Assembly: GCA_964418255.1 (NCBI GenBank)
Contig: CAYQKV010000002.1
Coordinates: forward strand, 108,421-172,420
DNA length: 64,000 nucleotides
Direction: 5' to 3'
Origin: an uncultured Christensenella sp.
Lineage (GTDB): Bacteria; Bacillota; Clostridia; Christensenellales; DTU072
A program made the translations under genes and the position numbers. The first letter of the stretch is position 1. The number at the start of each line of letters is the position of its first letter. Shown one piece after another: positions 39,583 through 48,556 of this stretch. The notes under the pieces are model-generated. The model ran no database searches. It saw only the letters and a program-made list of their open reading frames with translations, and was not told where the DNA came from.

Positions 39583-40410
39583 ATGGCGGAATTCGATATA
39601 GAACTTGTCGGAAAAGTGGGAAGTATGGCGCTTATAAACCGCGACCACGACGATATGGATTATAATATCATCGCGAGAATAGGGCGGTATCTTCACCCGG
39701 GAGTTATATGGGTTACGAGCGGCGCGTCGGAAATCGGGCGGCTCGACTACATAAAACGCACGGGGAAGGAATTAGATGGCGACATAGAGGAGATAAAAGC
39801 CGACTACGCCGCGCAGGGGCAGTGCGTGCTTATGACGCAGTACAGGCAGTTTATCGACAGCAAATACAGTTTGCGGCAGATACTTGTCGAGCATCAGCAT
39901 TTCAACGACGCGGCGAAACGCGAGCATCTTAAAAGGTTGCTTTTAAGGAGTTGCGAGCAGGGCGCGGTTCCGATAATTAACTACAACGACCCGGTAAACG
40001 ACGAAGAAGTGCGAAAACTCGAAATACGTTCGCTCATTCTTGCGAGGGGCAACGCCGTCGAGTGCGTCGACAACGACGAAACGGCGAGCCAGATAGCCTG
40101 CCTCGTGAAACCGAGAACGTTGGTTATTCTCACGGGAGTGGACGGTATATATAAGGATAAGGACGACAAAGAAACCCTGATTAAGGAAATCTGCGGGAGC
40201 ACCGTTTACGAAACGGTGGAAGAAGTGGAACGGTATCGCACGTTTTGCGACGGAGCGAGCAGAAAAGGCGCGCACGGAGCGAGAGCGAAACTCGGTTACG
40301 TCAAAGAACCATTGAAAAACGGCACTACGGTGTTTATCGCCAACAGCAAATACAATATCGGCGATATAATTACGGGCAAAGCGCCGTCGACCAAAATTTA
40401 CACGAGATAG
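39583..40410 (+). CDS. Amino-acid-kinase-fold protein (divergent glutamate-5-kinase-like)
   Basis: N-terminal GKVGSMAL and DNDETASQIA resemble ProB motifs. No proA or other pathway partner is adjacent. Confidence 0.6.
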   Translation: MAEFDIELVGKVGSMALINRDHDDMDYNIIARIGRYLHPGVIWVTSGASEIGRLDYIKRTGKELDGDIEEIKADYAAQGQCVLMTQYRQFIDSKYSLRQILVEHQHFNDAAKREHLKRLLLRSCEQGAVPIINYNDPVNDEEVRKLEIRSLILARGNAVECVDNDETASQIACLVKPRTLVILTGVDGIYKDKDDKETLIKEICGSTVYETVEEVERYRTFCDGASRKGAHGARAKLGYVKEPLKNGTTVFIANSKYNIGDIITGKAPSTKIYTR

Positions 40411-40474
40411 GGCTTTCAGCCTTTGTTAAGAATAGCCGATTAGAATTAAGAAAACGGCACAGGAGGGAGAATTT

Positions 40475-41569
40475 ATGAAAAAATTCGGTAAGATTTTAAT
40501 AGCGGTCTGCGCCGCCGTTCTCGTGATTTGTTCGGTATTTACGTTTACCGCGTGCAACGCTTCGTCCGATAAAGATGGCGCGTATTCCCCTGCGGAAGAC
40601 GGGAGTTCGAACGGTGGAGACGGGCTGAATTCGATAGTAATTACCGAAGACAGACTTGTGGTTTATACCGTCGATATGGATATGACCGTCGAAGACCTGA
40701 CAAAGACGGTTAAAACCGTCAGAGCAAAATTGAAAGAAGTCGGCGGTTGGGAAAAGAATATGTCGGTCGACGGTTACGACGACAGTCAATACGCAAGTTT
40801 CGTTTTGCGGGTGCCGACCGAAAAACTTGACGAATTTCTTAACGCGATAGAAGAGGGAAACAAAGTCGGTTCCAAAAGCATACGGGGAGTAGACGTCACC
40901 GAAGAATATACGGGTGTGGAATCGAAAAAGAGAGCGTTGGAAATCGAAAAAGAAATGCTTGAAAGAATTCTCGCGGAAGAGGAACCTGATTATTCTACGA
41001 AGAAGGAAATTTATACAAGGCTCAACGAAATCGCGGCGCAAATGGATGAATATACCGCGGAAATGACGGAGTATAAAAAACAGGTCGAATACAGTACGGT
41101 TAATCTGTCCATACATAAAAATAACAGCGGAGCGAAAGAGAGTTTCTGGGACAGACTGGGCAGAGTTTTGTCGGGAAGCGGTTCCAGTCTCGGTAGCGTG
41201 TTCGGATGGATACTTACGATAATAGTCGCAATCCTGCCGTATCTCGGAGTAATAGCGGCGATATTCGGACTGTACGTTCTCATTAAGTTCATCGTGTGCA
41301 AAATCCGCAAAGTTCCGTTCACGTTGTTTGCAAAGGCAAGAGAAAGAGCGAAAGCGAGAAAGGAAATGAAACGCCGTATGGCGGAAGCGTATGAAAAACG
41401 CGAACGCAAAAGAAACGGCAAAAAAGAGGAAAAAACCGAGGAAAAACCGAAAGAAATAGAAACTTTAATCGAAACCCGAGAAACCGCGCCCGAAACGAAA
41501 GAAAGCGCAGGCGAAGAAAAGAAAGGGGAAGATAAGCCAGAAGAAACGGATAAAAACGATAACGAATAA
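40475..41569 (+). CDS. DUF4349-like lipoprotein with C-terminal TM segments and a Lys/Glu-rich tail
   Basis: Lipobox FTA|C. YTVDMDMTVEDL..., a coiled-coil centre and C-terminal hydrophobic helices. Confidence 0.7.
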   Translation: MKKFGKILIAVCAAVLVICSVFTFTACNASSDKDGAYSPAEDGSSNGGDGLNSIVITEDRLVVYTVDMDMTVEDLTKTVKTVRAKLKEVGGWEKNMSVDGYDDSQYASFVLRVPTEKLDEFLNAIEEGNKVGSKSIRGVDVTEEYTGVESKKRALEIEKEMLERILAEEEPDYSTKKEIYTRLNEIAAQMDEYTAEMTEYKKQVEYSTVNLSIHKNNSGAKESFWDRLGRVLSGSGSSLGSVFGWILTIIVAILPYLGVIAAIFGLYVLIKFIVCKIRKVPFTLFAKARERAKARKEMKRRMAEAYEKRERKRNGKKEEKTEEKPKEIETLIETRETAPETKESAGEEKKGEDKPEETDKNDNE

Positions 41570-41574
41570 AGGTT

Positions 41575-41606
41575 AAAAACGTCCGCCTGATAGCGGACGT
41601 TTTTTG
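41575..41606 (+). terminator. Rho-independent terminator
   Basis: AAAACGTCCGC-CTGATA-GCGGACGTTTTTT. Confidence 0.8.
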
Positions 41607-41621
41607 TAAAACGGAGGGAAT

Positions 41622-42614
41622 ATGCCCAAAAGCGAGCATCAGAAACTGAAAGCGTTGGTTTTACTCGACGTGTTACGGACGTATACCGACGAAGAACACC
41701 CTATGTCTACAAACGAGATAATAGCGAAACTCGCGGAACTCGGGATAGAGACGGGGAGAAAGGCGTTGTACGACGATATAGCCGCGCTTAATTCGTTCGG
41801 GTACGAGGTTATGACGGTCAAGTCGAGAAGCAATCTTTATTACGTCGCAGACAGGAGATTCGACCCCGCGGAGCTTCGTATACTGATGGACGCGGTTATT
41901 TCCGCGGATTTTATAACCGAAAAGAAAACCGCCGTGCTTACGAAAAAAATTGCGGAAACGGCGGGCGTGCACAGAGCGAAAATTATGACGAAAAACGTCG
42001 TTTATTCGGACACTTCGAAACATACGAATGAAAAAGTATACTACTCCGTAGACGCGGCGGACAGGGCGATTGCCTCGGGTAAAAAACTCGAATTTCGATA
42101 TTTCGACCTCGATTGCCACGGACAGAGACAGTACAGAAAAAACGGAGAAAAGTATATTGTCAACCCCGTTGCGCTGATTTTCAACGAGAACAAGTATTAT
42201 CTCACTTGCTATAACGACAAATATATGAATATTTCCAACTACCGTATAGACAGAATGGACGACGTGGCGGTTACTGAAGCGCCGATTACGCCATCGCACG
42301 ATATGGAAGAATTCAACGTAAACAGGCATAGAAAACAGGCGTTTTCTATGTATTGCGGAAAGACGGAAAAAGTGACTTTTGCCGTGGAAAGCGACGCGCT
42401 CGACGTTGTTTTCGACCGTTTCGGAGAGAAAACGCGCTTTTCTTACTACGGCGACAAATTTAAGTTCGGAGCGAACGTACAGATAAGCCCGACTTTTTAT
42501 GCCTGGTGCGCCTCATTGGGAACAAAACTCAAAATACTCTCGCCGACAGAGGTTGCGGAAGGGTATTCCGATTACCTTAAAAAAATAGTAGGCTTGTACG
42601 ACGAGAAACCATAA
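41622..42614 (+). CDS. HTH + WYL-domain transcriptional regulator
   Basis: N-terminal winged HTH (LLDVLRTYTDEEHPMSTNEIIAKL) and a central WYL-like region (KYYLTCYNDKY). Confidence 0.75.
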   Translation: MPKSEHQKLKALVLLDVLRTYTDEEHPMSTNEIIAKLAELGIETGRKALYDDIAALNSFGYEVMTVKSRSNLYYVADRRFDPAELRILMDAVISADFITEKKTAVLTKKIAETAGVHRAKIMTKNVVYSDTSKHTNEKVYYSVDAADRAIASGKKLEFRYFDLDCHGQRQYRKNGEKYIVNPVALIFNENKYYLTCYNDKYMNISNYRIDRMDDVAVTEAPITPSHDMEEFNVNRHRKQAFSMYCGKTEKVTFAVESDALDVVFDRFGEKTRFSYYGDKFKFGANVQISPTFYAWCASLGTKLKILSPTEVAEGYSDYLKKIVGLYDEKP

Positions 42615-42700
42615 ACCGAAAAACGCGAAAATATCGCGTTTTTTTCGCCGAAACGAAGATATAAGTTACTTTTATTTTACGGGGCGACGGGAAAAAAGCG

Positions 42701-42729
42701 TTGACAGCGGTTGATGACGGAATTATAAT
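42701..42729 (+). promoter_or_regulatory. Consensus sigma-A promoter of the ribU leader
   Basis: TTGACA, 17-nt spacer, TATAAT: a perfect consensus. Confidence 0.75.
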
Positions 42730-42743
42730 TTGAATAATAAATC

Positions 42744-42877
42744 AATTCTTTGGGTGGGTAACCAACCGGCGGTAATGCCGCTTTGCGTCAAAAGCGAACG
42801 CGGACGAGTCCGACAGCCCCAGCAGCCGATGCGGTGAGATTCCGCAACCGCCTGTAAAGTCAGAATGGGAAAGAATG
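42744..42877 (+). promoter_or_regulatory. FMN riboswitch (RFN element)
   Basis: P1 ATTCTTT/AAAGAAT. Conserved blocks ACCGGCGGTAA, GATGCGGTGAGATTCCGCAACCGCCTGT and AAAGTCAGAATGGGAAAG match the RFN consensus as I recall it. Sits upstream of an ECF S-component. Confidence 0.8.
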
Positions 42878-42925
42878 TCATATCACGGTGTATATGTTTG
42901 TGCGCGCGTTCGTACATTCTTTTTC
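42869..42925 (+). terminator. Putative expression-platform terminator of the FMN riboswitch
   Basis: AAAGAATGT (shares the P1 3' strand) pairs with ACATTCTTT, followed by TTTT. The 35-nt loop is long and contains an inner hairpin. Confidence 0.4.
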
Positions 42926-42956
42926 GGTAAGATTTTACCCCGAAGCGGAGGGTAAT

Positions 42957-43577
42957 ATGAAAAAAATGTCGAACAAAGCCATTCTCACTACAAAAGTCAT
43001 TGCGTACGCCGCAGTAAGCGCGGCGGCGGTAATGGTAGCCACGCTGCTCGGTTTTTCTTCCGCGCAGTTTTATTTTAACCTCGGGGATTCGGTTATTTTA
43101 ATCGTTTCCGCGATTTTCGGACCTGTTATCGGTATGTTTGCGGGCGGAATAGGGAGTTTCTTCGCGGATTTGGCGGTATATCCCGTCACAATGTTTTATA
43201 CGCTTATAATCAAAGGGCTGGAAGGACTTATAGTCGGCTTACTTATAAAACTCGTCAAAAAATTCGTAAAGAAAAAACCGCTTAATATAACCTTGTCGAT
43301 AGCTTCGATGGCGCTCGGCGCATACCTTATGATGACGGGCTATTTTATCTGCCAGACTTTCTTTTACGGAAGTTACGCTTCCGCGCTCGTCGCGCTTCCT
43401 ATGGACGCGGTGCAAGCTACCGTATCCCTTTTCGTCGCGTCAATCGCATTGTATCCGCTTAAACTCATAGATAAAAGCGACAAGGTCTTTTCCGTTAAAT
43501 CGCTTGACGAAAAGATTAAAAAAGAAAAAACCGCGAAAGAAAAATTTGATGAAACAGAAAACTCTGACAATAAATAA
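42957..43577 (+). CDS. ribU: ECF-transporter S component for riboflavin
   Basis: GGAGGG RBS. About 6 TM helices and roughly 200 aa. Directly controlled by the FMN riboswitch. Confidence 0.75.
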   Translation: MKKMSNKAILTTKVIAYAAVSAAAVMVATLLGFSSAQFYFNLGDSVILIVSAIFGPVIGMFAGGIGSFFADLAVYPVTMFYTLIIKGLEGLIVGLLIKLVKKFVKKKPLNITLSIASMALGAYLMMTGYFICQTFFYGSYASALVALPMDAVQATVSLFVASIALYPLKLIDKSDKVFSVKSLDEKIKKEKTAKEKFDETENSDNK

Positions 43578-43596
43578 CCGTTACTTAAAATGTATT

Positions 43597-43914
43597 TTAG
43601 GGTAACGGTTTAACCGAGTACAGGTCATCAAAATAGATTTTGGAAGTTGTTGTTTGAATAAAGCCGACGTTGACGTCTATTGATTTTACCACGTATACGT
43701 CGGTGACGTAGTTGCCTCCGATATAGTGAGTTATTTCCGCGGAAGAACCTTTTTTGAGGGTACTAAGCGCGTCGGAAATTTCTTTTTGCTGAGTTTCCGA
43801 AAGCACGGCGCGTTCTACGCGAGTTCGCATACGTTCGCGACGAAGAAGTTCTTCGCGCAAGCCTTTAAGCGCGTCGAAAGGAAGAAACTGTTTAGCTCGG
43901 TCGGTTCTATTCAC
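43597..43914 (-). CDS. YolD-like protein
   Basis: 105 aa with the DRAKQFLPFDALKGL motif. Overlaps the stop codon of the upstream Y-family polymerase gene by 8 bp. Confidence 0.7.
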   Translation of the reverse strand: MNRTDRAKQFLPFDALKGLREELLRRERMRTRVERAVLSETQQKEISDALSTLKKGSSAEITHYIGGNYVTDVYVVKSIDVNVGFIQTTTSKIYFDDLYSVKPLP

Positions 43915-45169
43915 CGTTGTGTCCTCCGATTAAAGTATTGCGTTTTCTCGTCGTGGCTTCGTCTCTGAGGTCTATGCCGCGTAAAATTGAGTTTTTGCCG
44001 AATTTATCTTTGATGTCGAGGACGGCGGTTTCCGCGCTTTTTTCTTTGTTGATTTTATCCACGTCCGTTAGAAGCCCGTAGTTTTCGAATTCGTCGGACA
44101 CGACCGACCCGAAATCGACGCTAAGTCGCCGTATGGGCGCGTTTTTTCGCGTGGTTTTGCGGAAAAGTTCGGTAAAATACGGAAGCAGAACGGAAAACGA
44201 CGAAGTGTGCTCGCTTATTTTTGCAGACCCTCCCGTCGAGGGCAGTTCGTCGGACGAATATCCGACGTAAAACGCTATTCTGTCGGTAACCGCCTTTCTC
44301 CGCATAAGTTCCTGACAGCCGGAAAGCACCATTTCTTTCATAACGGTTTCCGCTTTGTTGTAGTCGTAGTCTTCGAAAAGTATCTGCGAAAAGGATACCG
44401 AAGTGTTTTTCCGTTTATATGCTTTTATGTCCGCCATCGTGCAGGACTCCCTGCCGTAGGCGTGGTCTATAAGCAGTTCCGCGTTTACCCCGAATTCTTC
44501 GTACAACGCCTGTTCGGGGTAGGCGGCGATGTCTTTCATCGTGTAAATTTTTCTCTTTCGCAGTCGTTGAGCCGTGCCGCGCGCGATTTGCCAGAAATCG
44601 GTTATCGGCGTGTGGTTCCATAAGGTTTTTTGATACAAATTTTCATCAAGATAACCTATTCCGTCGGGAGTTTTTTTTGCCGTTATGTCGAGGGCGACTT
44701 TGGCAAGGTAGAGATTCGTGCCGATACCTGCCGTGGCGGGGATATTTTTGCGGGTGCGGATTTCTTCTATCAGGCGTTCGGCAAAGGCGCGGGGTTTGGT
44801 TTTATAGACCGAGAGATAGCGGGTCGCGTCGAGGAAACATTCGTCGATGGAATAAACGTGAATGTCGTCGGGGGAGAAGAAATCGAGATAAATATCGTAA
44901 ATATCCGCGGCGTATTCGATGTATTTTTTCATACGGGGTTTGGCGATGATAAAGTCCGCGCCCGCGGGGATTTCGAAAAGGCGGCATCTGTTTTTTACGC
45001 CCATAGCTTTGAGCTTCGGAGAAACCGCAAGACAGAGCGCGCCGCGACCGCGCGTTTCGTCGGCGACGACAAGACAGGTTTTCATAGGGTCGAGCCCGCG
45101 TTCGGCGCATTCCACCGACGCGAAGAAAGATTTCATATCTATACAGAAGTAAATGCGGCTTTCGTCCAT
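43907..45169 (-). CDS. Y-family (UmuC/DinB/UvrX-like) translesion DNA polymerase
   Basis: IYFCIDMKSFFASVECAERGLDP active-site N-terminus. Start taken at MDESRIY (45169). Confidence 0.85.
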   Translation of the reverse strand: MDESRIYFCIDMKSFFASVECAERGLDPMKTCLVVADETRGRGALCLAVSPKLKAMGVKNRCRLFEIPAGADFIIAKPRMKKYIEYAADIYDIYLDFFSPDDIHVYSIDECFLDATRYLSVYKTKPRAFAERLIEEIRTRKNIPATAGIGTNLYLAKVALDITAKKTPDGIGYLDENLYQKTLWNHTPITDFWQIARGTAQRLRKRKIYTMKDIAAYPEQALYEEFGVNAELLIDHAYGRESCTMADIKAYKRKNTSVSFSQILFEDYDYNKAETVMKEMVLSGCQELMRRKAVTDRIAFYVGYSSDELPSTGGSAKISEHTSSFSVLLPYFTELFRKTTRKNAPIRRLSVDFGSVVSDEFENYGLLTDVDKINKEKSAETAVLDIKDKFGKNSILRGIDLRDEATTRKRNTLIGGHNGE

Positions 45170-45291
45170 ATAAGAATTATCCCCGATTATTGAAATTATA
45201 CCCCACGGTTGAATTCGGGTCAACAGGTAAAAGAGAGAAACGTTCGTTTGATGCTCGACATATAAATATATAAAAGGAGGTAACGGAAAAA

Positions 45292-45780
45292 ATGGAATGT
45301 TTATATAAATCGGATTTGCCGTATCCGGAAGTAGCGGCGGGGAAAAGTCCGTTCGAAGTCAGACTGCTGATGCCCGTATACGGCGGCAAAACAAGCGAAA
45401 CCACCGCAATTATGGGGTACATATTTCAAAGTTACGCGCTAGGGGATAAAGAACCGGAGATTTCCAAATGTCTGGAAAAAATCGCAATAAGCGAGATGCG
45501 TCATCACGATATGCTGGGAACGGCAATCGTAAGGCTCGGCGGCGTGCCGTATATAGGAGACAACCGCGGGTTCTGGCAAGGCGGGTTTGTCAATTATATG
45601 CTTAATCCCAAAGAGATGATTCAGTCGGACATCAACGGCGAAAAAGAAGCGATACGGGGCTACAGGGACGTCATACGACTGTCGAAGAACGACGAGATAA
45701 AAGCGCTTATAGAACGCATAATAATCGACGAGGAAATACATATAGAAACCCTCGAAAGCATATTGCGTTCGCTTTTATAA
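45292..45780 (+). CDS. Ferritin-like / manganese-catalase-family protein (CotJC-like)
   Basis: L.YP....P....L...YGG..SE..A...Y..QSY, then E..H and EE.H metal motifs. Confidence 0.6.
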   Translation: MECLYKSDLPYPEVAAGKSPFEVRLLMPVYGGKTSETTAIMGYIFQSYALGDKEPEISKCLEKIAISEMRHHDMLGTAIVRLGGVPYIGDNRGFWQGGFVNYMLNPKEMIQSDINGEKEAIRGYRDVIRLSKNDEIKALIERIIIDEEIHIETLESILRSLL

Positions 45781-45837
45781 AACATATCCGGAAGGGCGCG
45801 GGATAAAATTTTGCAAGAAGTAAATAGGTTAAGACGG

Positions 45838-45871
45838 CGGGCTGTTCGTTTAATGCGAACAGCCCGTTTTT
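45838..45871 (+). terminator. Rho-independent terminator
   Basis: CGGGCTGTTCG-TTTAATG-CGAACAGCCCG-TTTTT. Confidence 0.8.
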
Positions 45872-46000
45872 CATACGGATTTTTATATTTTGACGTTTCC
45901 CTTCGAATTCCGTAGAAAGTATTTTATAAATCGCTATTGAAATAAACCGTGCAAAATGATAAAATCATAGGGAAAGCCATAAAGTGCAAGGAGAGAAAAG

Positions 46001-47569
46001 ATGAAAAAAGCGAAAAATTTAAGTACCGTTCGGAATAAAGTTACGGCGTGCGTGGTAGCGCTCTTTGCGTTTATCGCGCCGTGGATTTTTTATTCCTGTC
46101 GGGTGGGATACGTTTTTATAGACAGTTATACTTTCTCGGGTTTGAGTATGACGCTGTTTTTTATAATGGTATTTAACGCGCTTGTTGCGGCGGCAAACGC
46201 GTTTTTATTGCTGACCGGTTTGGAAAGAGTTCCCGAGGGAAAGAAAGAGAAACTGCCGCTTATAGCAAAAGGCGTGTGGATTTCGGAAATCGTCGTCTCA
46301 ATTCTTACGGCTTTGTTCACGGTCGCGTGGGTCGTGTTTTTTGTAGTGCTCGGGGAAGAATCTTCGCCTCTTGCGGGGAGAATGCTCGCCTCGGTTGCGC
46401 CTTATATGGCGATTACTTTCTGCGCCGTGTTTTTCGCGTTGTTCTTCCCCGCGGTTAAAAACGGAAAAGCAAGGCTTACGGTATTGTGTTTTTGCGTTGT
46501 CGCAGGTATAATCGGTCTTACAAGCGCGATTTTTCCCTTCGGAAAGTTTGAATTTATCTCCGACCCCGCGGTCATCGACACGGGAGACGGATATTCGGTT
46601 GTTTTTGCGCTTTCGGATACCGGAACAGGATATATAGAATACGAATTCGGCGGAAAAGAGTATAGAATATACAATGAGGACGGCGGACGGAAAGTGAACG
46701 CGAGGATACATAGTTTTACCGTTCCGTACGAAGCGGCGGCAAGCGGCTATAAGGTAGGAGCGACGCGGGTGACAGACGAGCTTACTTACGGCGGGAGGGT
46801 CGGAAAGAGCATAGAGAGCGGCGAGTACGAAATCAAGCCGATTAAGGGCGAAGAACAGAAATATTTATGTGTGTCCGACTGGCATACGGAGTTGAAAAAG
46901 GCGAAAAAAACCGCGGGATATATAAGCGGATACGACGGAATAATTCTGCTCGGAGACGCGGCGGCGGGTTTGCAATACGAAGAGGAAGCCGCGGAATACG
47001 TGGTGGGATTTGCGGGCGACCTGTCAAAGGGCAGCGTACCGATAATTTACGCGAGAGGAAATCACGAAACAAGGGGAGCGTATGCGTCCGAACTTAGGGA
47101 CGCGCTCAATCTTAAAGAATTTTATACGGATATAAAGGTGGGAAATTATCGATTCATCGTGCTTGATTCGGCGGAGGATAAAGAGGACGGACACGCGGAA
47201 TACGGACAAATGGCGGATTATTCGGCTTATAGGGAAAGAATGGTTGAATTTCTCGAAGGGCTCAACGCGGAAGAGGGGGAGAAAATCGTCGTTATATGCC
47301 ACGATTATAAAATATGTCGGGAAGAGGAATTGTCGGAAAGAGCGCTTGCAAAACTCGGAAATTTAGGCGCGACGGTAATTCTTTGCGGACACTATCACGA
47401 AGTGGGGTTCGGAGAAATCGGCGGGATACCGTATTTTATCGACGGGGGTAAAACGGACGAAGGGTTTATCGTAAGCGAAGTCAGGATAAGAGAAAGCGGA
47501 ATAACGATGACGGCGATAGACGAAGACGGAAAAACGGTCGATAGTTATAAAATAGACGAGTGGAAGTAA
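46001..47569 (+). CDS. Membrane-anchored metallophosphoesterase
   Basis: About 5 N-terminal TM helices. Calcineurin-like motifs ILLGDAA, GNHETRG, GHYH. Confidence 0.75.
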   Translation: MKKAKNLSTVRNKVTACVVALFAFIAPWIFYSCRVGYVFIDSYTFSGLSMTLFFIMVFNALVAAANAFLLLTGLERVPEGKKEKLPLIAKGVWISEIVVSILTALFTVAWVVFFVVLGEESSPLAGRMLASVAPYMAITFCAVFFALFFPAVKNGKARLTVLCFCVVAGIIGLTSAIFPFGKFEFISDPAVIDTGDGYSVVFALSDTGTGYIEYEFGGKEYRIYNEDGGRKVNARIHSFTVPYEAAASGYKVGATRVTDELTYGGRVGKSIESGEYEIKPIKGEEQKYLCVSDWHTELKKAKKTAGYISGYDGIILLGDAAAGLQYEEEAAEYVVGFAGDLSKGSVPIIYARGNHETRGAYASELRDALNLKEFYTDIKVGNYRFIVLDSAEDKEDGHAEYGQMADYSAYRERMVEFLEGLNAEEGEKIVVICHDYKICREEELSERALAKLGNLGATVILCGHYHEVGFGEIGGIPYFIDGGKTDEGFIVSEVRIRESGITMTAIDEDGKTVDSYKIDEWK

Positions 47570-47623
47570 AAAACGAGCAAGGAAGTTTTTCGAAAATTTT
47601 GCAAATTTTTGAAAAATACCCCC

Positions 47624-47652
47624 TTGACAGAAAATGAAGGATACAATATACT
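47624..47652 (+). promoter_or_regulatory. Sigma-A type promoter of hup
   Basis: TTGACA, 17-nt spacer, TATACT. Confidence 0.6.
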
Positions 47653-47765
47653 GAAATTGAGGGAAACGTCGGAATAAACGCCGATTATCCCCGAAAAGCA
47701 GGAGAAAACGGATAAGCGGGCGACGCAAAAACCGATTCTTAATACATAATTTGGAGGAAAGTATA

Positions 47766-48041
47766 ATGAACAAAAAAGAATTTGTCAAGGCAATCGCCAA
47801 GGAAATGGACGCGTCCAACCAGGTTGCGGAAAAGGCATACGACGCATTTGTGGCGGCGGTAACCAACGCGCTTAAAGACGGCGACAAAATTCAGCTTGCG
47901 GGATTCGGCACGTTCGAAGTGAAAGAAGTGCCGGCAAAAACGGGAATAAACCCGCGTACGCAGGAAAAAGTAGAAATCCCCGCGTCGAAAAAACCGGTGC
48001 TTAAATTCGGAAAAGCATACAAAGAGATAATCAATAAATAA
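47766..48041 (+). CDS. hup: DNA-binding protein HU
   Basis: MNKKEFVKAIA...GFGTFEVKEVPAKTGINPRT...KFGKAYKE. GGAGG RBS. Confidence 0.95.
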   Translation: MNKKEFVKAIAKEMDASNQVAEKAYDAFVAAVTNALKDGDKIQLAGFGTFEVKEVPAKTGINPRTQEKVEIPASKKPVLKFGKAYKEIINK

Positions 48042-48083
48042 GATTTTTACGCAAGATAGTCGATTTCCATATTCAGATTTGGC

Positions 48084-48118
48084 AATGAGTTCGGGAAAAC
48101 TCCGAACTCATTTCATTT
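48084..48118 (+). terminator. Terminator of hup
   Basis: AATGAGTTCGG-GAAAACT-CCGAACTCATT followed by TCATTT. Confidence 0.7.
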
Positions 48119-48280
48119 ACAAAAGGAAGCGAAACATACCGTTCCGCTTTCGGTTATTTGTACTATAAAATATCGTATCAACCCACCCGCCCGCCCGAAT
48201 TGCTTTTCTTCTTTATCCGCTTCCGGGGTTTAATAAGGAGTCTCCCCTTATTTCGTGAAAGGGTGTAGGGAATTCATATT

Positions 48281-48473
48281 CAAAAAGCGAAAACTACGTT
48301 TTTCGTTTTTTGCCCTTATGGAAATAATTAAGGGGAGTGAACCCCTTGCGGACTTAAATGAAAAGGAAGTCGGTACGAATTCATTCATTATGAGTCCGAC
48401 TTGCGCGGATATAAGGTTTTATCGGCACAAAGCGTAGCGACTGGCGGAAAATCTCCGCGCAACGACTGGTCGG
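48281..48473 (+). repeat. Structured repeat family, subfamily 2, copy 4
   Basis: CAAAAAGCGAAAAC-TAC-GTTTTTCGTTTTTTGCCCTTATGG...GTCCGACTTGCGCGGA...TCCGCGCAACGACTGGTCGG. Lies between the hup terminator and the rplI promoter. Confidence 0.9.
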
Positions 48474-48498
48474 ATAAAACAGATAATAAAGCCAATGC

Positions 48499-48527
48499 TT
48501 GACATATTGCGCGTCATTATATATAAT
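48499..48527 (+). promoter_or_regulatory. Consensus sigma-A promoter of rplI
   Basis: TTGACA, 17-nt spacer, TATAAT. Confidence 0.7.
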
Positions 48528-48556
48528 TTAGTGGAAAAAACTTACGGAGAATCAGT

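Noticed and set aside
42723-42917. 64-aa minus-strand ORF and the upstream extension (from 42888) of the ribU ORF
   Set aside because: Both overlap the FMN riboswitch and its expression platform. The ATG at 42957 has the GGAGGG RBS.
45170-45291. LexA (Cheo) box upstream of the Y-family polymerase
   Set aside because: Only AACGAACGTTTC is present, which lacks the GAAC-N4-GTTC spacing.
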